From: Malacoraja senta
Lineage: Eukaryota
Assembly: GCA_038087875.1 (NCBI GenBank)
Contig: JAXLNO010000621.1
Coordinates: forward strand, 1 to 64,000
Reading direction: 5' to 3'
DNA length: 64,000 nt
In this document: positions 39,881 to 53,374 of the stretch, piece by piece
How positions within the stretch are numbered: the stretch's first letter is position 1
How the letters are laid out: every line of letters starts with the position of its first letter
The notes under the pieces: model-generated
The model's database searches: none
What the model was told of the DNA's origin: nothing
What the model saw: the letters and a program-made list of their open reading frames with translations, nothing else
Translations under genes and position numbers: made by a program

Positions 39881-41630
39881 GTTATAGATAATAAATACTA
39901 AATTTCTTTCAGGCCCACCATGAAAGAAAAATCCCACTGAGAAAACAATGACGGTGCACTCCAAGTTATTTCATTCTCTACAGGGTTTGCGTTGTTGGGG
40001 ACCTTTATAGAGAGGCCACGCAGTCAGAGTTTAGCACAGAACGGGCCTATTGGCCCACCACGTAAAAGCCGAGTTTTGTTTTGCTCATCTACACTAGTAT
40101 TTGCCTGCATAGGTGGGGCTTTCAAATACAAGATTGTTGCCTTTGAAAGCCTCTGGAATATGCCTCAGTAGGGTAACCAACATAATCAAGGACTTTTTTC
40201 ATCTTGGGCATTCCTTTTTCTTCCCTGCTCTTGTCGGGCAGTAGATACAGGAGCTTGAAATCGTGCACCACCAGACTTCTTCCCCTCTGTTATCAGACTA
40301 TCCCATAAGCGAGGGTACAGTACCAATCTTCCAACCTACGTCATTACCAACATTAAACTTTTTCTATCAAACTGTAATGCCATAATGATGAAAACTATTC
40401 TGCACTCTTTGCTCTACCTGTTGTTCTTGTGTTTGGCTTGATTGTATTCATTATAGTATGATCTGATTCCACTGGATAGCACGCAAACAAATGCTCTTCA
40501 CTGTATCTTGGTACATGTGACAATAGTGAACCAATACCAATAGGATGTACAACAAGTGTCTTGTTTAAGTGCTTCATTTAAAAAAAAAATCAGTGTTGGG
40601 TTTCTTTGGCTAAAGGTTTGATCTGACAGTGTCATGTTTATCCAATGGATCAACAGTAATCTATGTAAACGGTGGAAAGAGATACCGTTCCATTGGACAG
40701 ACTTTGTCAGCCAAGACTATTTAATAATGTTTGTTATTTTGGTTGTGACTCGAGCACTTTGGGGTTCCGTTCCTGCAAGACCAGACTTCAGATGAAGAAG
40801 ACTGATGACACTTTAGTGTTATTTTCAGTATTTGATTCAAATAGTCATTTCGCTAAATGTGGTCAGTGAAGCTTGAAATCTGAAAGCATAACTTTTTATA
40901 TAACTGACATTTTGAAATAATTTAATAGAAATATTAACATTAGCTTCTGCCAAATTTTTGCTCAGATGACAGACCAGTCATATAGCACATTACAACAATT
41001 TAAGACTAGCAATGCATGCTGAAGGGAATTTAGTCTGATGCATGCTATGATTCACCATAGTAAATTCTCAGTTGGCCATTCCATATTAATTTTAACAAAA
41101 ATTGACCCATTAGTAGAAATGTCATAGTCATAAAGTCATACATCACGGAAACTGGCCCCCTCTTTGGCCCAACTCGTCCGGGCCACCCAAGATATCTCTA
41201 AACTAGACACAAAATGCTGGAGTAACTCAGCGGGTGAGGCAGCATCTCTGGAGAGAAAGAATGGGCGACATTTCGGGTCGAGACCCTTCAGTCCTAAACT
41301 AGTCCTGTTGGCTCATATTTGACCCATATCTCTCTTAACCTTTCTTATATTCAGGGATCAGGGGGTATGGAGAGAAGGCAGGGATGGGATACTGAGTTGG
41401 ATGATCAGCCATGATCATATCAAATGGCGGTGCAGGCTCGAAGGGCTGAATGGCCTACTCCTGCACCTATTTTCTATGTTTCTATGTTATCCATTTACAG
41501 TTCCAAGTGTCTTTTAAAGGCTGTTATAATATCTGCCTCAACTACTATCTCAGGCAGCTTGTTTTACATATCTACCAACCTTTGTGCGGAAAAAGTTGCC
41601 CCTCAGGTTATTAACTCTTGATTAAACATA

Positions 41631-43232
41631 CAGTGCCCTCCATAATGTTTGGGACAAAGACCCATCGTTTATTTATTTGCCTCTGTACTCCACAATTTGA
41701 GATTTGTAATAGGAAAAAAAAATCACATGTGGTTAAATGCACTGTCAGATTTTATTAAAAGCCATTTTTATACATTTTGGTTTCACCATGCAGAAATTAC
41801 AGCTGTGTTTATACATAGTCCCCCCATTTCAGGGAACCATAATGTTTGGGACACATGGCTTCACAGGTGTTTGTAATTGCTCAGGTGTGTTTAATTGCCT
41901 CCTTAATGCAGGTATAAGAGAGCTCTCAACACCTAGTATTTCCTCCAGTCTTTCCATCACATTTGGACACTTTTATTGCTGTTTATTATCAACATGAGGA
42001 CCAAAGTTGTGCCAATGAAAGTCAAATAAGCCATTATGAGACAGAAACAAGAATAAAACTGTTAGAGACATCAGCCAAACCTTCGGCTTACCAAAATCAA
42101 CTGTTTGGAACATCATTAAGAAGAAAGGGAGCACTGGTGAACTTACTAATCGCGAACGGACTGGCAGGCCAAGGAAGACCATAGCTGATGACAGAAGAAT
42201 TCTCTCAATAATAAAGAAAAATCCCCAAACACCTGTCCGACACTCTTCAGGCGTCAGGTGTGGATTTGTCAATGACCACTTCAAGAACAGAAATACAGAG
42301 GCTACACTGCAAGATGCAAACCACTGGTTAGCCGCAAAAATAGAATAGCCAAGTTACAGTTTGCCAAGAAATACTTAAAAGAGCAACCACAGTTCTGCAT
42401 AAATGGTTTTGTGGACAGATGTGGCGAAGATTAACTTATATCAGAGTGATGGCAAGAGCAAAGTATAGAGAGAAGGAACTGCCCAAGATCCAAAGCATAC
42501 CACTTCATCTGTGAAACACGGTGGTGGGGGTGTTATGGCCTGGGCATGTATGACTGCTGAAGGTACTGGCTCACTTATCTTCATTGATGATACAACTGCT
42601 GATGGTAGTAGCATAATGAATTCTGAAGTGTATAGACATCCTATCTGCTCAAGTTCAAACAAGTGCCTCAAAACTCATTGGCCGGCAGTTCATTCTACAG
42701 CAAGACAATGATCCCAAACATATTGCTAAAGCAACAAAGGAGTTTTTCAAAGCTAAAAAATTGTCAATTTTTGAGTGGCCAAGTCAATCACCCGATCTGA
42801 ACCCAATTGAGCATGCCTTTTATGTGCTGAAGAGAAAACTGAAGGGTACTAGCCCCCAAAACAAGCATAAGCTAAAGATGGCTGTAATACAGGCCTGGCA
42901 GAGCATCACCAGGGAAGACACCCAACAACTGGTGATGGCCATGAATCGCAGACTTCAAGCAGACATTGCATGCAAAGAATATGCAACAAAATACTAAACA
43001 TAACTTGCTGTGTCCCAAACATTTTGGTGCCCTGAAATGGGGGGACTATGTATAAACACTGCTGTAATTTCTACATGGTGAAACCAAAATGTATAAAAAT
43101 GGCGTTTATTAAAATCTGACAATGTGCACTTTAACCACATGTGATTTTTTCTATTACAAATCTCAAATTGTGGAGTACAGAGGCAAATAAATCAATGATG
43201 GGTCTTTGTCCCAAACATTATGAAGGCCACTG
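41631..43232 (+). mobile_element. Tc1-like DNA transposon, full length, transposase inactivated
   Basis: TA|CAGTGCCCTCCATAATGTTTGGGACAAAGACCC ... inverted copy ending CACTG|TA; ~220-bp TIRs with an internal repeated TGTTTGGGACA. Transposase fragments [20 protein letters not shown] and WPSQSPDLNPIEH between ~41994 and 42997. Confidence 0.95.
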
Positions 43233-43569
43233 TATGCCCTCGAGTTCTTGATTCCCCCTACTGTGGATAAAAGACTTTGTACATTCACCCCATCTATTCC
43301 CATCAGCCCCCTGTGCTCCAAGGAATAAAGACCTGGCCTGCTCAACTTCTCCATATAGTTCAGGCTAATATGTATCAAAAACAAAATCAGTCTTCACTGT
43401 AAGCAATCCAATTTTCATATGATAGAAACAAGGTTGTCCAGATGCTGCAAATATATTTTATGATCAGTTGCTCTCAGAATCAGCAAAATAAGCAATCTCA
43501 GTTAGTGTGGATTCATAAAATAACTCTTATTTACAGCATTGCACTTTGGTGGGAAAATAATATTTTAAA

Positions 43570-43945
43570 ATAAATGGTGTACAAAATCATGAGGGGAATA
43601 GTCGGGTAGCCACGCAGTCTCTTGCCCAGAGTAGGGGAATCAAGAACCAGAGGGAATAGGTTTAAGGTTAGGGGGGAACCTGAGGGGTAACCTGAGGGGT
43701 AACTTTAATAGGAACCTGAGGGGTAACTTTTTCACACATGGATCAAGCTGCTGGAGGAGGTATTTGGGGCTGGTACTATCGCAACATATAAGAAAAATTT
43801 AGACAGGTACATGATTAGGACAGGTTTAGAGTAATATGGGCCAAACACGGGTCAGTGGGACTAGCATAGATGGGACATGTTGGCAGCTATGGGCATGTTG
43901 AGCTGAAGGGCCTGTTTCCATGCTCTCTGACTCTATGACTCTATA
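43570..43945 (+). mobile_element. Old CR1-type LINE 3' fragment
   Basis: Degenerate CR1 3' end with GGGCCTGTTTCC..(CTCTATGA)n tail. Confidence 0.7.
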
Positions 43946-45180
43946 AATATAATTGTACTAATGACAATGCTTCAGAAATACTCTGCTTGTAAAGTGCTTT
44001 GGGGTATCCTGAAATTATAATATATACTATTTATAGAGTATGGTCATTATCTGATTAGTCTCTTATTTGAAAGAATGAACCAAACTGCTTCATTTCTGAT
44101 CTACTGCTGGACTACATGTCATGTAATTTTAAGGAATTGAATGGATGCTTTTTACCGAGCTTAACAAATGGATCCTGTTGCACAATTCTGGAGCATTAAT
44201 CTACAGGGAAGTTAAAAAAATTGTCTTCTGATTTCCAGCCTTTTTAAAAGGATCAGTTCTCCAATCATTAATTGAGGCAGAAGGTTTGAGAAAGTGTTTC
44301 TTATAACCAATTGTGTCTGATGCTTTTTCCATTTGTACACATAAATAATTTTGTGTCATAAGAACATATAAACTAGGAACAGGACTAAAACACTTGCCCT
44401 TTAAGCCTGTTCCAGCATTTGGTAATTGTAAACACCTCTGCATTCCCATCTACAAGCAGTATCCTTGTCTGATCAAGAAACTATCTACCATTGTCTTAAA
44501 ATTGTTCAGACTCTGCTTCCACCAAGGATGCAGTGAAGAACTGTTCCAAATTCATCTTCAGAGAAAAAAAAGTCCCATCTCTATCTTAAGTGAGTAACCT
44601 TTATACATTTGCCCCTCATTCTTGATTCTCCCACACGAAGAAAGCCGCTCCTTATCTGACCCTTCAAAGTATTTCAACATCTTATTGTTTTAGCCTTGCC
44701 ACTCTCACTCCTGTCTCCAGCAGGTGCAGGCCTAACCTGTCTGTCCACTCCATATTTGATAACTTGTTCCTTCCAAGAATATATCCAGGAAACCTTCCGT
44801 GAATTGCTTCTAGCGTATTATCGTAGCAGAGAAGGTAAATTTGAGTTCATTTGCTTTGAGGATAGATTGTAAAAATGTTTACATTAAACATATGATCAAG
44901 GAAGGATGGTGCTGCGCTGTTTAAGCGTGCAGACCTACCAATAGATCTGTGCATAATTCTATGAAGGCAAAGAACTACAGATCAAGAATCAAGTGTGTTT
45001 AATTCTCATATGCACCAGGAATGCAGCAAAATTCTTACTTGCTGCAGTTTTACAGACACATTAATGCAACAACACAATGATTAAATATACAATAATCAAT
45101 AAACTATCAGTAACATTAGGTAACAAACACCCAAAATTGCAAACCAAAGTATATAGTGTGATCTATACAAAGTCCATAGT

Positions 45181-48020
45181 AGGCAGGAAACATGTTCCCG
45201 ATGTTGGGGGAGTCCAGAACCAGGGGCCACAGTTTAAGAATAAGGAGTAAGCCATTTAGAACGGAGATGAGGAAACACTTTTTCTCACAGAGTGGTGAGT
45301 CTGTGGAATTCTCTGCCTCAGAGGGCGGTGGAGGCAGGTTCTATGGATCCTTTCAGGAGAGAGCTAGATAGGGCTCTTAAAAATAGCGGAGTCAGGGGAT
45401 ATAAAACAGTTATAATGGGTGACTTCAATCTACATATAGATTGGGTGAATCAAATTGGCAGGGGTGCTGAGGAAGAGGATTTCTTGGAATGTATGAGGGA
45501 TAGTTATCTAAACCAACATGTAGAGGAACCAACGAGAGAGCAGGCTATTCTAGACTGGGTATTGAGTAATGAGGAAGGGTTAGTTAGCAGACTTGTTGTG
45601 CGTGCCCCCTTGGGCAAGAGTGACCATAATATGGTTGAGTTCTTCATTAGGATGGAGAGTGACATTGTTAATTCAGAAACAACGGTTCTGAACTTAAAGA
45701 AAGGTAACTTTGAGGGTATGAGACGTGAATTGGCCAAGATTGACTGGCAATCAGTTCTAAAAGGGTTGACGGTGGATATGCAATGGAAGGCATTTAAAGA
45801 CTGCATGGATGAACTACAAAAATTGTTCATCCCAGTTTGGCAAAAGAATAAATCAGGGAAGGTAGTGCATCCGTGGATAACAAGGGAAATCAGGGATAGT
45901 ATCAAAGCAAAAGATGATGCGTACAAATTAGCCAGAAAAAGCAGCATACCAGAGGACTGGGAGAAATTCAGAGACCAGCAGAGGAGGACAAAGGGCTTAA
46001 TTAGGAAAGGGAAAATAGATTATGAAAGGAAACTGGCAGGGAACATAAAAACTGACTGCAAAAGTTTTTATAGATATGTGAAGAGAAAGAGATTAGTTAA
46101 AACAAATGTAGGTCCCTTGCAGTCAGAAACAGGTGCATTGATCATGGGGAACAAGGATATGGCGGACCAATTGAATAACTACTTTGGTTCCGTCTTCACT
46201 AAGGAAGACATAAATAATCTGCCGGATATAGCAGGGGGCCGCGGGTCAAAGGAGATGGAGGAACTGAGTGAAATCCAGGTTAGTCGGGAAGTGGTGTTGG
46301 GTAAATTGAATGGATTCAAGGCCGATAAATCACCAGGGCCAGATAGGCTGCATCCCAGAGTACTTAAGGAAGTAGCTCCAGAAATAGTGGATGCATTAGT
46401 GATAATTTTTCAAAACTCTTTAGATTCTGGAGTAGTTCCTGAGGATTGGAGGGTAGCAAACGTAACCCCACTTTTTAAGAAGGGAGGGAGAGAGAAAACG
46501 GGGAATTACAGACCAGTTAGTCTAACATCGGTAGTGGGGAAACTGCTAGAGTCAGTTATTAAAGATGGGATAGCAGCACATTTGGAAAGTGGTGAAATCA
46601 TTGGACAAAGTCAGCATGGATTTACGAAAGGTAAATCGTGTCTGACGAATCTTATAGAATTTTTCGAGGATGTAACTAGTAGAGTGGATAGGGGAGAACC
46701 AGTGGATGTGTTGTATCTGGACTTTCAGAAGGCTTTCGACAAGGTACCACATAAGAGATTAGGATACAAACTTAAATCACACGGTATTGGGGGTTCAGTA
46801 TTGATGTGGATAGAGAACTGGCTGGCAAACAGGAAGCAAAGAGTAGGAGTAAACGGGTCCTTTTCACAATGGCAGGCAGTGACTAGTGGGGTACCGCAAG
46901 GCTCAGTGCTGGGACCCCAGCTATTTACAATTTATATTAATGATCTGGACGAGGGAATTGAAAGCAACATCTCCAAGTTTGCGGATGACACTAAGCTGGG
47001 GGGCAGTGTTAGCTGTGAGGAGGATGCTAGGAGACTGCAAGGTGACTTGGATAGGCTGGGTGAGTGGGCAAATGTTTGGCAGATGCAGTATAATGTGGAT
47101 AAATGTGAGGTTATCCACTTTGGTGGCAAAAACGGGAAGGCAGACTATTATCTGAATGGTGGCCGATTAGGAAATGGGGAGATGCAGCGAGACCTGGGTG
47201 TCATGGTACACCAGTCATTGAAAGTAGGCATGCAGTGAAGAAAACGAATGGTATGTTGGCCTTCATAGCAAGAGGATTTGAGTATAGGAGCAGGGAGGTT
47301 CTACTGCAGTTGTACAGGGTCTTGGTGAGACCACACCTGGAGTATTGCGTACAGTTTTGGTCTCCAAATCTGAGGAAGGACATTATAGCCATAGAGGGAG
47401 TGCAGAGAAGGTTCACCAGACTGATTCCTGGGATGTCAGGACTTTCATATGAAGAAAGACTGGATAGACTTGGCTTATACTCGCTAGAATTTAGGAGATT
47501 GAGAGGGGATCTTATAGAAACGTACAAAATTCTTATGGGGTTGGACAGGCTAGATGCAGGAAGATTGTTCCCGATGTTGGGGAAGTCCAGGACAAGGGGT
47601 CACAGCTTAAGGATAAGGGGGAAATCCTTTAAGACCGAGATGAGGAAAAACTTTTTCACACACAGAGTGGAGAATCTCTGGAACTCTCTGCCACAGAGGG
47701 TAGTTGAGGCCAGTTCATTGGCTATATTTAAGAGGGAGTTAGATGTGGCCCTTGTGGCTAAAGGGATCAGGGGGTGTGGAGAGAAGGCAGGTACGGGATA
47801 CTGAGTTGGATGATCAGCCATGATCATATTGAATGGCGGTGCAGGTTCGAAGGGCCGAATGGCCTACTCCTGCACCTATTTTCTATGTATCTATGTATCT
47901 ATGATATGGGGAGAAGGCAGGAATGGGGTACTGATTGGGTACGATCAGCCATGATCATATTGAATGGCGGTGCTGGCTCGAAGGGCCAAATGGCCTACTC
48001 CTGCACCTATTGTCTATTGT
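45181..48020 (+). mobile_element. CR1 subfamily B 3' fragment (45181-45402 and 47903-48020) split by a younger CR1
   Basis: Near identical to 53781-54120; GATAT duplicated at 45398-45402 and 47903-47907. Confidence 0.85.
45403..47902 (+). mobile_element. CR1 LINE, 5'-truncated (EN part + RT, one frameshift near 47235)
   Basis: Near-identical protein to 30810-33974; (TATCTATG)n tail; GATAT TSD. Confidence 0.95.
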
Positions 48021-48097
48021 GGTTGAAGTAGGATTGTGCAGTTTGGTTCAAGAGCCTGATGGTTAATGGGAAGAAGCTGCTCATAAACTTAGAGGTC

Positions 48098-48970
48098 ATT
48101 CAATTCAATTCAATTTATTTGTCTTTTGGACAAATTTGTCATTTGGACCCCTTGAGGTCCAAACGAAATGTCGTTTCTGCAGCCATACAATACAAAACGA
48201 AGAAGACCCGAGACACAACACAATTTACACATTACATCCATCACAGCGCTGTGATGGAAGGCAAAAAAACGTATCTCTCCACTGCACTCCCCCCCCCCGA
48301 TGTCAGAGTCAAAGTCAAAGCCCCCGGCGGGCGATGGTGATTATCCCGCGGCCATTAAAGCCACGCCGGGTGATGCAAGGTCGCGCACCGGGTCTTGGTG
48401 TTAGAGCCCCGGCGCGCGCTCGCAAAGTCCGGTGGCCATTCCAAGCCGTGCGGGGGGATAAAGCCCCGCTCCAGGTGTTCTTCAACCCCGCAACTCGGGC
48501 GGGAGAAGTCGCCGCTGCGGAAGCCCCGAAAAGCGGTCTCCCACCAGGGGACCCGCGGGCTTCCGGTGTTACCGTCCGCCAGACCCGCGGTTGTAGCCTC
48601 CGAATCTCCGGGGGTCAGGTAGCAGCAGCGCTTGTCTCCACCACAGCTCCACCCGCTCCGGACTCGGCCAGCCCCGCGACGGTGAGTAGTCCGCAGCTCC
48701 ACAACTGGGGCCCCAGGTCGTTCCTGCTGGAGGCCGCTCCACGTTGCCCAGCCCCAACGACAACGGAGACCCGACAAAGAAAAGGTCGGGTCTCCCGTGC
48801 AGCGGAAAGATTTCAAAGTTTCCCGCCCCACCCCCACCCCCACCCCCCCACACACATACCCCGACAAAAAAAATAATAAAAAACTACATAAAAACGAGAC
48901 AAAAATAATAAAAAGACAGACGGACTGCAGAGGCCGCTGCAGAGGAAAGTCGCGCCGCCCACCGAAAACG
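48098..48970 (-). mobile_element. GC-rich non-coding retroposon with (ATTGA)n tail, inserted in an old Rex1-like LINE
   Basis: (TTCAA)n then TTTATTTGTC at the left end (LINE-type tail on minus). Flanks at 48020-48097 and 48975-50200 resemble the LINE at 38645-39880. Confidence 0.5.
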
Positions 48971-49401
48971 TGCAATTCACGACTGGTACTCATGGTCCTG
49001 TATCTTCCTTATGGTATCAGCGAGATGAGATTGTTGATAGGGTGGTGTGGGTCTTTGATATTTGCTACCTATCAGAGGCAGTGCTGTCTGTAAAACCATT
49101 TGATGGTGTGTTGGTCAATACTTGTGATGGACTGGGCAACATCCTCCAGTTTCTGCAATCTCCTGCATTTTTGGGTGTTTGTTAACTAACCAGGCCATGA
49201 TGCAATCAATCACTATGCTCTCCACTGTAGAAGTTTAATAGAGTATTCGCCAACCTGTCAAATCTCATAAATTTTCCAAGGAAATAGAAACATTGATGAG
49301 AATTCTTTGTGATTACATCAGTGTGCTGGGCCTGAGACAGATCCTCAGAGATGGGTACGGCCAAGAACTTGAAGGCGTTGACTCTCTCTATTGCCGTCCC
49401 A

Positions 49402-49629
49402 TTTTAGAATCCTCGGCCCAGAGGATAAGCCTGCGTTCGTTTGTTTATTTGTCCGTTCGTCGCGGTTAAGGCGCTGTGCACACGGCAGCCAGCCAACAGT
49501 CGCCTGTCTTTTTCTTTTTTTTTCACTTTTAATTTAATTTTAATTTCAAATTTATGTGTACCTTATGTGATATGACTGTTGGCAAGCCAATTTCCCTCCG
49601 GGGATGAATAAAATTCTGTCGTATTGTAT
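49402..49629 (+). mobile_element. Short retroposon with AATAAA + (GTATT/GTATC) tail
   Basis: TSD CGTCCCA at 49395-49401 and 49630-49636. Confidence 0.6.
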
Positions 49630-50222
49630 CGTCCCAACAATGAAGACCCGTTCATGGGTCTACGACTGCCCCTTTCTGAAATCAGCAATTAGTTCTTTGG
49701 TCTTGCTAACAATAAGTGCAAGATTCTGGCACCATTCAACCAGATTGGCCATCTCCCGCCTGTCCTCTGACTCATCATCATTCTCTGTTCATCCAAACAA
49801 CGGTGGTGGCCTTGGTGAGTTAAACGATGCTGTTGAAACTATGTTTAGCTACGCAGTCATGGACATAGAGTGAGTAGAGGGGATCGGGTACACTGCCGTT
49901 AAGTGACCTTTTGTTCTGATTGGGGTTTGCCAATTGGAAAGTTGAGGATGCAATTGCATAGGGTTAAGCAGAGACCCAGTTCTGAGTTTGATGATAGGTG
50001 TTGAATGGTGAGCTCTCGTCGATAAGCAACAGCTTATGCATGTGTTCTTGTTGTCCAAGTGGTCCAGTGGAGAGCCAGTGAGATCATATCTGCTGTTTAT
50101 CCATGGTGGTGCTAGGCAAATTGTAGTGGGTCCAGAGCCTTATTAAGGCAGGTGTTAATATGCATCATTATCAACTTCTCAAAGCACTTCATTAAAATGG
50201 ACTGTGACAATTTTATTAGTAA

Positions 50223-52364
50223 CTAGACAAAGGGGGACCCGTTGGGTCCCATCCCCTCAAAGCACGGTTGCGGGGGGAGGGCGGCCTGCGACATCACACA
50301 CACACACACTAACCACCCCCCACACACACACCTTTGAGGGAGGGGGAGTGGGGTAGAGAGGGAGAGGGAGGGGTAGAGTTTGAGGGGTGGGGGGGCTCAG
50401 GGCATCACAGGGGAGGGCTGGTTCCCGACCGCAATACTCCACCACTCACCCATAGGTCCCAATACTCAACAGTTCCTAGAGAGGGAGGGGGCAGAGAGGG
50501 GGAGCAGAGAGGGAGGGGCGTCAGAGAGGGAGATGGGCAGTGCGGGGGGACAGAGAGGGAGGGGGAGGCAGAGAGGGGGGCAGAGAGGGAGGGAGAGTGG
50601 GGCATAGAGGGAGGGGGGAGCAGAGAGGGAGGTGGGCAGTGTGGGGGTGCAGAGAGGAAGGGGGGCAGAGAGGGAGGGGGAAGAGAGGGTGGGGGGTAGA
50701 GAGGGGGGCAGAGAGGGAGGGGGCAGAGAGGGAGTGGGGTAGAGAGGGAGGGGGCAGAGGGAGTGGGGGCAGAGAGGGAGGGGGGGACAGAGAGGGAGGG
50801 GGGGTAGAGAGGGAGGGGAGCAGAGAGGGAGAGAGGGAGGGGGAGGGGTAGAGAGGGAGAGGGAGGGGGCAGAGCAGCACCTACCTAGGTTGTAGAGCAG
50901 CGGCAGGACCTGGGAGGCTGTGGGTGGACGTAGACTCGAGGGAGGCAGCGAGTGGGCGGGCGTCGAGCCGAGGACCCCAAGCGAGGCGGCGGGCGGGCGT
51001 CAACCCGAGGACCGCGAGTTCGGCTGCCGCAGTCTCCAGTCCAGGGGCCGACTTCATCTCCGGGCTCATCCTTTCTTCCACCGGCGCCGTCTTTTGAATA
51101 ACCCGGGGGTGGGGAGGGGTCGGGGGGTGACGTCACTCGACGCGCGGGGAAGATTCTGTGTGTGAGATGGCACTGGGCAGACCCATTGTGACGTCATCAG
51201 TGAAAGCTCGTTGTTTAAAATTCAAAGTCTTTTCATATTTTTAAACATTTTCAGTAATAAGTTGAGAAATAAAGCATGAAATGTTCAGATACGGTGATTT
51301 TGGACTCAACGGGAAAAAAGTCAACCAGAATATGTAAAAATGGTTTCCTTACCGCGGAGTTTTTTCGCAAAGATGTAAAAACATGCACATATTCACACTT
51401 ACAAGATCAGAATTTTAGTGTTATACTAGACCAAGGGGGATCCGTTGTGTCCCGTCCCATCAACGCACGGATGCGGTGGGGCGGGGCGGGGCGGCCTGCG
51501 GCGGTCACGCACACACTAACCCCCCCCCACACACACTAACCACCCGCCCCCCCCCCCACACACACACACTAACCACCCCCATTGATATTATTTTAATATT
51601 ATTCATTGGCTCCTTTTACCCCATCCCTGAGAGGGGGCGAGAGGGAGGGGAGGGGGGAGGAGGGATAGGAGGGGTGGAAAGGGAGGGGGAAAGAGAGGTG
51701 GGGGAAGAGGGGCGGGCGTGCTTCGACCAAAGCTCTCGACAGCTCTCGGGTGCTCTCGGGAAACTCGAGCCGAGGCGTGAGCATGCTTCGACCAAAGCTC
51801 TCGACAGTTCTCGGGTGCTCTCGGGAAACTCGAGCCGAGGCGTGAGCATGCTTCGACCAAAGCTCTTCGCAGTTCTCGGGTGTTCTCGGGAAACTCGAGC
51901 CGAGGTGTGAGCATGCTTCGACCAAAGCTCTTGGCAGTTCTCGGGTGCTCTCGGGAAACTCGAGCCGAGGCGTGAGCATGCTTCGACCAAAGCTCTTGGC
52001 AGTTCTCGGGTGCTCCTCGGCAGCTCTCGGTTGCTCTCGGGAAACCCGAGCCGAGGCGCAAGCGTGGAAAGCAGTGCACAGCGGGCCGCGAGGAGCAGAG
52101 CCATTGTGACGTCATCAGCTCGTTGACTTTAAAAAAGATTTCAGATTGGTGAACAATTTTAATAAATAACTCAAGAAATAATGAATCAAATTTTCAGATA
52201 AGGCGAATTTTTACATCATGGCGTAAATCTCTATCGGAATATGTAAACATTTCACCGTTAGCACGTCGTGTTTTTGAGGAGATGTGAATCACAGACAAAC
52301 ACACAAATACACAAATAAATAAATCCACATCCAAGATCAGAGCTTATAATTATAGAGATATAGA
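50223..52364 (-). mobile_element. Tandem pair of non-autonomous Helitron-like elements (50223-51425, 51426-~52364)
   Basis: A|CTAG + GGGACCCGTTGGGTCCC at 50223; second CTAG + degenerate hairpin at 51426 directly after CAAGATCAGAATTTTAGTGTTATA; ends CAAGATCAGAG..TATAGA|T. Confidence 0.8.
51716..52060. repeat. 65-bp CpG-rich tandem repeat (~5 copies) inside the Helitron-like element
   Basis: CTTCGACCAAAGCTC recurs at 51721, 51786, 51851, 51916 and 51981. Confidence 0.93.
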
Positions 52365-53374
52365 TAGATGGGATTCAAAACTGGCCATTCTTGAGTCAGA
52401 ATTTTTTAGGCATTTTACTTTTGAGCATGATTTGATTAAAATAATGTTTTAAATATTTAAATTGATCTATATTTGTATTAGGACTATTATTTCATCTTAA
52501 AGTTCAGCCTGACTTTCACACTTCTGATTTAAGCCTGATTATTCTGCAGTCTGGTCTCATAGACCTTAAAACGTTCTAACTCACTATTCTCAGTTTTAGA
52601 TATTGAATTCTTCCGCATTGAGTCCATTTATTGTGAATTTAGTAACATTATTTTAGCCTGAACTCTCTGATCTAGTCTGTAATTTTTTTAACTTGTGATT
52701 GTTTAAATATGCTTTGAGCTTAATGGCCTGTTTTGTTCACATGGAGCACATAAGTGCCTATAATTAATTATGTTTACAGTGATCATATTAAGTAAAATTT
52801 ATGATCCTGATGGCCTTTCATTGCTCTCCAAAGTAATTCCGTAAATGAGCCTTCAAAGTTTGTCAGGATATCTGAATTAGCTTGCCTAAGCCACGGCTTC
52901 TGACTGCCTGGATGTACACTTTACAATAATGTGTTTTGCAAAAAATCAAGTGTTTTGCTTGTAACCAGGATGTTACCACTGACAGTTTGATACATAAGAT
53001 GCTGTAAGTTGTCAGTGCTTGGATGATTTGAGAAAACGACAGGATTTTGAAACTGACCGCACAATGTTTTGTAGATGATTAGCTCTTACTGCACAGCACA
53101 ACCTTTATTTTTTATTTTTTTTATTTTTTTATTTTATTAGAAGTTAATACAATACAAAACAATACAGTGGTACCTAATTTTAGGTGCCAACTATGTCATA
53201 ACGTAATACATTCTATGTACAACCTCTAGTTTTATGTTTTTGAAAAGGAGGTAAAAAATAAATAAATAAATAAATAGTAGAAAATAGCACAACCTTTCTG
53301 ACGTCGACTCTGAGTATTTCAAACTGGAAAGATGTATTAATTAAGCGATCAGTTTTGTGATGATGCCTTTGGCG

